64,000 nt of DNA from Vicugna vicugna (taxonomy: Eukaryota): positions 6,017,684 to 6,081,683 of the forward strand of contig MU061814.1 of NCBI GenBank assembly GCA_013265495.1, written 5' to 3'. A model generated the notes under the pieces. It was not told the origin of the DNA and did no database searches. It saw only the letters and a program-made list of their open reading frames with translations. The position numbers were made by a program, and so were the translations under genes. This document shows, in pieces, positions 55,626 to 64,000 of the stretch. Each line of letters begins with the position of its first letter. Positions within the stretch are counted from its first letter, which is position 1.

Positions 55626-58600
55626 TAAACTAACGAATAAAGTGTAACTGAAGAGGGGTCTGTGACAGCTCTGCACTCAGGTCCACACGGAGTGTCTGGG
55701 AGGGACCTGGAGCCACCTCTACCGCCTGGGTCACGGAAGTGCCCCCGAACGGGCTGGTGCCAGGCAGACCTGGGGAGCTGCCGCTGGTGAGGGGCCCAGG
55801 GACGTGCACAAAGTCCAGAAATGGGGAAAGCAAGACCCTTCAGGAGACAGAGGGAGACGGGAGAGGAGGGGCATGGGAGGGCGCCGGCCAGCTCAAAAAT
55901 AAAGGTGGTCCCGGCACCAACGGGCACGCGCCTCAGAGCTCAGGGAAGCAGGAGAAACACAGACCCGTCTCACATCACGACGTGGGGATGGGGGCAGAGC
56001 ACACGCCAGGGAGACCCGGGAGGGGTCTGTGAAGCAGAAGAGACGTGGGCCAGACGCACCGAGTGGAGCTCTGACCTTCCCGACACGCGTGGAGTGGGTC
56101 AGGACGAGTGCGGGCCGCACGCCACGAGCACCTGGTCATCACGGGAACACGGACTCAACGCAGAGTCTCTCCACCTCTATGTACTCTTCGCAATTTTTCA
56201 GAATAAAATGCTGGGGGAGTCTTAAAGATGAGGATTTTTTGGATGATCAGGACGTCTGTTAGGGAAGTTCAAACCCCAGACCTCAGCGAGAACCTGTGAA
56301 CGGAACAGCAGTTGTGCTTTGGGGAAAACCGGAAGGAAAGGTCCTCAGGGCCTGGCCTCGCTGTGCCGAGAGGACGAGCCGGCAGGGGCTCCCGGCGGCT
56401 CAGGAGGCAGCGCACTTCGGGGAGGGCCACACAATCGGGGGACCCGCTGCCCCGTGCCGGGTCTCACGCTCGCCAGGCCTCCCTCCGTGGGCTACAAACA
56501 CCCGGATCCAGTCAGTCAGCACGTTAACAGAACTGCCAGCCCCGTCCCAGCTCCTTTCCCCACGGGAACTGGACCCCAGAGATGACTCCCTGTTGTCAGC
56601 ACCCGGGAAGATGAGACAGCGGTCTGAGCTGACTCCTTCGTGGAACTGCCTAGGAGCAGCAGCTTCCCGCGGACGTGGGCGTCCAGGCCCGCCGGCCTCC
56701 GAGGCCAACAGGAGGGCCTCGGTGCTTCTGCAAAGCCCTGGGCTGCCGGCAGGCCTGGCCCCGGTGGAGGGGCCCCGTGAGGCCGCGACTCGGGGAGAAG
56801 TGGCCCAGGTGACAGACGCGCTCAGTGTCTGGAGGTGAGCGGAAGGCGGCAGGCAGGCCCAGGCTCACAAACACAGGACCTGGCACAGCTGAGCCAGGTG
56901 TGCACGGCGAGGCTGCGGGACCCAGGGAGCACGAGCTCCCTGCAGAGACCTGAGGCTTCCTTACAGGTCCCACCTCCAAATACAGCCACACGGGGTCAGA
57001 GAGTCGACGTACAAATTTTGGGGGGACACAAACAGACTTAAAATTCAAAAAACACTGGATTTTAAAACCAAAACTTTAATTAGCTTAGATTAACAATGTA
57101 TGTTCAAAAGCGTGTAAAGAAATGAAGAATTAGCTGAACGAGTCCCGCCACATGTGAAATTCTGAAAGGACGGTTCTGAAGAAGGATGCCTGGGGCCCAT
57201 AACTGAGAACTGCCGTGAAACAGTGAAGCGGTTTCCAGCCACAGCGAAACAAGGGGGTCCAGGAGGGGCTCCTGCTAGTGTGAGCACTGACACAAGATCG
57301 CAGAGCGCAGTCCAAAGGCTCACTGCCGACCACCCTAAAAATGCTAGTGGGTGACGGTCCCCCAGTGCAGTGTGACCAGGGGAGGGACTTCTACAGTTGT
57401 CAATGACAACACTCCCAAATGAGTGTGCCTCAGAAATGTTACCACCATCATGGGAATCAGAACCAGGCACCCCGTGAAGCTGTCAGACCACCTGTGACCA
57501 GGCGATGGCCTAACAAGGAGCTCCCGCGGGCTCCAGAGAAGAGACATCCAGCCCAAGGCAGCTGGCGAGAAAACCCGCGGAGACGTTCCCAGCACCCGTG
57601 ATGCACCTTTTGCGAAGCAAGTGCAGCCAGGTCTGCACTCTCAAGTCCTGGAGTCTTTCCACTGGGCGTCTTGCTCGAAATTCAAGCCCCATTTCTGGAA
57701 GTAACACACAGGGCGCCTCCTGACACAAGGACGACACCATTCAAAAGAAACCTCAAGGGTAGAGTCCATCCTGAGACGAGACCGGGGCGGCTAAGGGTAC
57801 TTAACGATCCTGAAATCATCTCGGCAGAAGAGGCAGGTGGACACCCGTGCACAGGGCGCCCCTCGCTGGCCCCAGTTTGCTCCTGCGTCCACTCTGGTGT
57901 CTGGCTGACAGGCGGCGAGCCTGGTGAGATGGGCTGGGGTGGAGGCTCCGCGCGGGGGGCACGCCCCGGGTACTGTGATGCGGAGGGACAGAGCCAGGCG
58001 CCAGGAGAGTCAGAGGCCAGGCCTTCCCAGGCCCTTCGAGACCAGAGCTTGACTTGAGAAAGAGGGATTTAAGACGACAAAATTCTTCAAAAACAACAGG
58101 AAGTTGAAAGCGTATTCACACTGCAACAAATCCCCGCACAGACGAGTCTGACGTCACGTAGAACCACAAAGCATGCTCCTGCCGGGTTGAAAGCGAAAGC
58201 CACCCCAAGTCCTGGGGCGGGACTCGACCCCCCCACGCAGCGACGGGGCTCACGTTTACAGGTCAAATTCAGGACGCATCTCTGTGCTGCTTGGGGGTGG
58301 ATCCCAGCTGGCGCTGGGAGAGCTGGGCGCTGAGGCTCGGGCCTGAGCTTCGGGAACCACCTCCGGCCACCGTGTGCGTTTAGGACAGGTGGGTCCCTGC
58401 TCCAGGCTGGGGTGGCACTTCCTGAGTGAGGACCTGGGGACCGAGGGACCCTCTGAAAATGTCACATCTCACCTAACACTTTCTATTAACTCTAAACAGT
58501 CATTTGTGGCAAACAGACTCAGTGATAGGACAAAAACTGAACTGACCAGGGACCGGACGAGATGGGCTGGCAGCTCTCAGCGGCTCAGCAGCGCCTCCCT

Positions 58601-59559
58601 CAGGCTGCAGGGTGATGCCGCAGGCGGCATCCTAGGGTGGCTGGACAGGGAGGCCGGCCCCCAACACAAGGGACAAAGTGTGTGCAGGCACTCCATGCCC
58701 GCGCGACAGGAGGACCTGGCCCCACGGACACCCTTGGCCATGTCCCCAGGCTGACCTCTGTTTAATAAAGGAAGCAACCAGATTAAAATGTCAACATGTA
58801 AGTCTAAAGGGCCAGGTGCTAAAGGTACAGACTGACTCTAGAGGGGAAAGGGGATCCTCCTTCCTGCAAGTGACATTTTGAAAAGTTGACTCACTTACAA
58901 TCCTCAGCTGAAAAGCAGAAAAAAGATTATAATTAACATAAGCATAATTTCTAAACAATTCAGCTGGGTGACACAGTGCGAGATGCAAAGCGGGGTAAAA
59001 ACAGACGATGGAACAGGGGGAGAACGGCACAGCCACGAGCTGCAGGGTCCGGGGGCCTGGCTGTCCCAGGAAGCCCCTGGAGTCCCGGCCTGGTGGACAG
59101 CAGGCATGCAGTTTCTAAGATTTCCCCAAATCTCCACTCTCCATTGAGAGCCTTTTTGCAGACGTCACAGCCCTACCAGCCCGGCCTGCCACGTCTCATC
59201 CACAGAACGGGCGGGCACCCCGTCACACCCATGTGCAAGCAGCAACATAGCGGAACCTTCTGGACGAGCGGGAAGTGGAAACCGCAGGCCGAGGCCGTCT
59301 TCCCGGGAGGCTCCTCCCTCCCGAGTTACAGCTCCAACCAGACCTCAGTCCTCACTCTCAGTAGATTTCACAAACAATGCAAAAACCTGTAATTATGCAC
59401 TTTGTCTAAAATTTGCCTTCTTATCTTATGTGCCTGCAATGTGTTCTTAAGTGTCCTGCCTCTTCGTCCAAGTTAAAATCCAGTTTCCTCACTTTCTGTG
59501 ACCATCAGAAAGTTTTCACATCATGTAAAAAATATGCTTTAATTTAGAAATACAGCTAG

Positions 59560-61410
59560 CAAGGTACGTAGACAAACAATAAATACACAGTTAGCAAGGT
59601 AATTCAATGGGCAGATGGTTCTGGAACAACTGGACACCCATGTGCGAAAGGAGACTCTGAGGCTGGCCCCCGCCCCGTGCGAGGCCAGCACGCATCCCAG
59701 GCCTGTGTGTCGCACTACGAGCCATCAGACCTCCGGGGAAAGCCGTGGAGAAGCTTCGTGACCTCAGGCACAGGTGCCTCGCACAAGGCCCAAAAAGCAG
59801 GAACCATGAAAGTTCACAGACTGGACTTCATCAAAATTTATACTCTTCCAAAGACACTGTAGCTTGAAAAAATGAGCCAAAGACAGAAGCTGCTTTCAGA
59901 ACGCACACCCCGTGAAAGACTTGCCACCGAGGCAGGCGAAGGATGCGCCCCTCGGCGGAAGACGCTCCCCGGGAAGGGGCGTCAACGGCAGTTAGGAGGC
60001 GGCCCATCAGAGGCAGGCCCCCAGCCAGCGGGGCCCCAGGAGCACTGGACAGCCAGCCTCTCAGACCTGACACCGCACACAGCCCTGACCCGAGCCCTCT
60101 CAGAGGGAGACAAGGGAACCCTGATAAAGCCTGGAGGAGATGGGCATGAGAACCATAAAGTGACACCTCAGACCCTCCGGGACGGCTGAAGACTTGCAGA
60201 CGAACCGTCTCAGCTGTGTACACGCTCCGGGGAGGAATCCGACAAATCACGGAAAGACGTGTCCTGGGACGTTTATAGCCGTTGGATCACAATAGCCGGA
60301 AATAACCCAAATGTCCATCAACAGGCGCATGAATAAACCGGCTGTGTCACAGCTGGAGGACAGGTACCGTCTGGGACACGATGGCGTGAGGACACCGAGA
60401 CCACACAGCGAAAATCACGGCCGCAGACCCCACAGCTGCGGATGCCGGGGAGGGCGGCCCAGGGCCTCTGGTGGCAGCTGCCCCGGCCGTGGCTGTGCCA
60501 GGGCCACGTCAGGGGACCATGCCACAGTGGTTTCCTGGTTAGGGAGGAGGGAGTCTGACTGGGGAGAGCACAGGACCAGCACGTGGGCTCCCGTGTTACT
60601 TCTTACAAGTGGCGGGTGGTGCGCAATAACCTGAGAACGGACGTCAGCAGACAGGGCGGCCCACACCTGCGGCACCCTCACTCCTAGGCTGGCCTGAGGC
60701 AGGGCGGCACTGAAAGGGGCAGGAGGGGACGCTCCGGGCAGGAACGGTCTCTGTCCTGACGACAGAGGCGTAAGCACTTGTCAGATCTCAACTGCCAGCT
60801 GAGCGGTCAGAATTCAGACGCGTGTGGAGCCACCAGAACCGTCACGCGGGACCCCTGGGGAGGGCCTGGCAGTTTCTCATAAAACTGATGTCACCCCTCC
60901 CTGTGACCCGGCCCCTCCCAGGTACTCACGCAGAAGCAGTGAAAATGTAAATCCACAAAATGGGCCAAAACTGGTCATGGAAGTTTTACTCACAAGAGCA
61001 AAAGCTGGGAGCAGCCCAGATTTTAGCAGACAAGAGGCAAGAAACCAACGGGCAGATCCAACGACGGAGCGCTGCCCACAACCCGCGAGGCGTGAGCACG
61101 GGGCTGGGACCCGGCCTCGAGTGCAGGCGGGCGGCTGTGCTGGGCGGCCGTCCACGCGTCTGCGGTGAGGTGCTGACATCGGCCGCTCTGACACACTGGA
61201 GACGTGGTGGGTTTGGGTGACTCCACGGACACACGTATGACAAAGCGAAACATTAGCAGGTGGGGGATCCCTTCTGTTTGTTCAACTTTTCTCTAAGTGT
61301 GAACGTTTGCCCACTAACACGGTAGGGAGAGAGACAAAAGGGTATTCAAACTGTACACTCAAAATCTGCAGCTTATTGAATGTGTATTATACCTAAAAAA
61401 ACAGGAAAAG
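59560..61410 (+). mobile_element. Old L1M ORF2 and 3' UTR fragments (probably two or more insertions)
   Basis: CTGGAACAACTGGACACCCATGTG, CTGGACTTCATCAAAATTTA, AACCCAAATGTCCATCAACAGG, GGCAGTTTCTCATAAAACT, AAACTGTACACTCAAAAT. Confidence 0.7.
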
Positions 61411-64000
61411 GGAATGGTAATTTTCACCAAACACCCTGTAATGGTCCCCAGTGTCCAGGGTCCTGGAGAACGCGTCCTGACCGGAACGCGTCGGCAGGTG
61501 TGAGGAGGTTGGGGACCCTGAGACGGGAGATCACCCTGACCGTCGGGGTCACTATCCACACATGGGTCCGTCCAAGGGGAAAAGGGAGGTGGGAGATGGC
61601 ACCGGAGCTGGGGACAGAGACGCGGGGCCACGACCCAAGGAAGCAGATCCTGCCCTGGAGTTGCCAGAGGGACCAGTGCCCTGGACCTGGGGTAGCCCCC
61701 GGCCGGGAGAGGACGAGGCTGGGCCGCCTTAAGCCGTGGGTCTGTGCTGATCTGTCACAGCAGCAGCAGCGGGAAGGGAGCCCAGCCCTGCAAACACCAA
61801 AGTCACACGTGCCGTCAGCACGGAAGGCCGGCACGGGGGTCCACGCAGCCAGGCTGCCAGCATCAGGGGAGGCCCCTGGCCCGGGAGGGGCAGGCACGGC
61901 CGGGGCTCGTCCACAGCGGACCACCGAGAGGCCCGCACACAGAGCCCCCAGGAGGCGGCCCCAGCACGGGTCTGGGGGTGTCTGGGGGGATGAGTCACGC
62001 TCTCCTCGCCAGCTGAACGGTTGGGATTTGCCTTTTCTGGTCGTATATTCTGTCTCGGTTTTTTAAAAGTTTGAAAAAAACAGTAGCATAAAAGTTTTCA
62101 AATGAACAGTTAAAAATTACACTCACTACCCCTTTTTAAATCTGTGTAAGTGTAAGCTTGCAAGCTGTGCCTGTGAGTGTACACGTACACACGTATGTAC
62201 ATCAAGTGCCAAATGTGCACATGTCACCTTGAGCGTCTCAACGTGACTGGGCTCGGCGGCCCCACGTGGGGGGCACACGCTCGCTCTCAGGGCTACACTG
62301 CCACTGTGTACACACGGCAGCAGACAAACCTGCTTGGCTACAGAGGACAGAACCCCTCAAGTTCACCTCAAAGCCGGGCTCAGTGAGATGCTGCTACCCT
62401 GCCTCCAGGAGGCAGAGGCCGCACTTCCCAGCTGGGCCCTTTATCTTGAGTAAGCGGTGGGGCCCGTCCTCCAAACCCGGCTGATCCCAGAGCAGAAAGG
62501 GCAAAACAGGACACAGCAGTGCTGCCCACAAAGTGGGCCCCGGCCAACGCCGCCTCCCCTTCTCCCCTCCCCGCCGAGCAGGGAAGGCCCCACCGCCCTT
62601 TGGGGGTCCCGGGCGAGACTAGGCTCTCTGCGTCGCCTCCAGAGGCATCGCTCCTTCTCTCCTGATCCACCCAGACGCCCTCAAGCTCTTCCCTGGCCGT
62701 AGGAGCAACGCAGGGTGTGATTGCGGCGTCCCCCCAGCTCTGCCGGTCAACCGGCCTCAGCTTCCGTCTGGACCAATGAGAGGCCTCAGTCTTCATGAAC
62801 TCAAGTTTTCCAGAAAGTCCAGGGATTTCTGCTTCAGCGAAAAAGACGCTCTGCTGGCCACTCAGCAAGACCAAGGTGGCGAGGATCCTCCGTCCAGGCA
62901 GCAATTCAGAAGTGTGGCCTCAAGCTGGGCCTGGGTGGTCACAGGGGCCCAGGCGAGGGTCCCAGGGCCGCCCCCCCCACCGCCCGGGATGCGCTTCTTG
63001 TCCATCAAGGAGATGGGCCTGCCCCTCCTCCCCCTCCCACCAGGACCCCACCAGTGGTCCGCTCTCTCGCTTCAGGACAAGGTCGGCCTCACCACCTCCC
63101 ATCCCTGTGAGAGTCTCCCCCACATTCCCAACCAAACTTTGGATGAAGACTACTGCTGTGGTGTCGGGGGCACCGGCCAGCCCCCCACAGATGGCAAGGT
63201 GGTCAGCCAGGATGGATTCCAGGCAATTCTGCTGGTTCCTGAAGGAAAACCATCTGGGGGGTACAGCTGAGCACCCACACTTTTCAGGAACCTGCTCTAA
63301 ACCTGAACCTGCTCTGTGGTTCCAACGCATTCTTCAAACCCCAGGACATCAGGGTCCAACCTTACCAAGATCCAGGCACAAACATTTACTTTGCAGAACC
63401 CACACGTTTTATTCTAGCTCCGGACTTTATTTCTGCAGATCCTTTAAGGAACGTGCATGGGACGTGGGGACGGGGCACCTGGGCTCTTCCTGGACCAGCC
63501 CCTGAACTGGAAGCTACAGATCCACTGCATCAAAGGCTCACAGCCGCCCCAGGGTCCAGGACGTGGGTGTGAGGCCGGAGGGACGCCGCGGGCCTGGCCT
63601 GTATCCATAACACGCCTGACATCTTAATGCTGGTTCCCACGGGCGATCATACAAACAGGCTGCAACTTGGAGGTAAATTTCAATGGGTGTTTTCTTGGAA
63701 GCTGCTGGGTTAGCCTGCACTTGGCCGTCTGCTTGGAAAAGTCAATCCAAAACCAACAGGCCCCCAGCCCCCAAGGCCGAGGTGGGAACACAGGGGGACA
63801 GGGCACGGACCCACTGCAGTGCTGGGCATCTGAGCATCTTCCCAAGCACCATGAGTGACCTGCAGGAATTGCCTGACACATTCCTTTGGAAAAGGGTCTT
63901 TTCTCTTATAAATGGGATGAGAATGAAAAAATGCTCTTCTCTAAGATGTAATAAATCTTTAACGAAAGCAAACTGACATCCATTGGGGATCACAATTTAT

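Noticed and set aside
54365-64000. ZBTB46 BTB-coding exon or a new gene in this region
   Set aside because: No BTB-like translation in any frame. The region reads as intron with L1 fragments, so the exon must lie beyond the window.

Overview
This is eukaryotic (mammalian) genomic DNA. It is very GC-rich and gene-dense, and it matches the conserved RTEL1-TNFRSF6B-ARFRP1-ZGPAT-LIME1-SLC2A4RG-ZBTB46 block (human 20q13.33 synteny). A tRNA-derived SINE at 13.3 kb resembles Vic-1, which suggests a camelid. The window holds the last 20 coding exons of RTEL1 (+), a multiply disrupted TNFRSF6B/DcR3 pseudogene (+), complete ARFRP1 (-), ZGPAT (+), LIME1 (+) and SLC2A4RG (+), and the last three coding exons of ZBTB46 (-); its BTB exon lies beyond the window. 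The large introns contain old L1 fragments, an MLT1 LTR and a ~220-bp local duplication. I assigned exons by hand from splice sites, frame continuity and similarity to human/mouse proteins recalled from memory; no database search was run. Best leads: (1) loss of DcR3; (2) Cys at the RTEL1 position equivalent to the human disease residue R1264; (3) the RTEL1 C4C4 domain is reachable only by splicing an 89-nt intron that human reads through; (4) phase-compatible ZGPAT-LIME1 and LIME1-SLC2A4RG read-through fusions; (5) a possible zinc-finger-less ZBTB46 isoform from intronic polyadenylation; (6) an ARFRP1 poly(A) signal inside the dead gene. I found no prokaryotic features and no clearly new multi-gene system.
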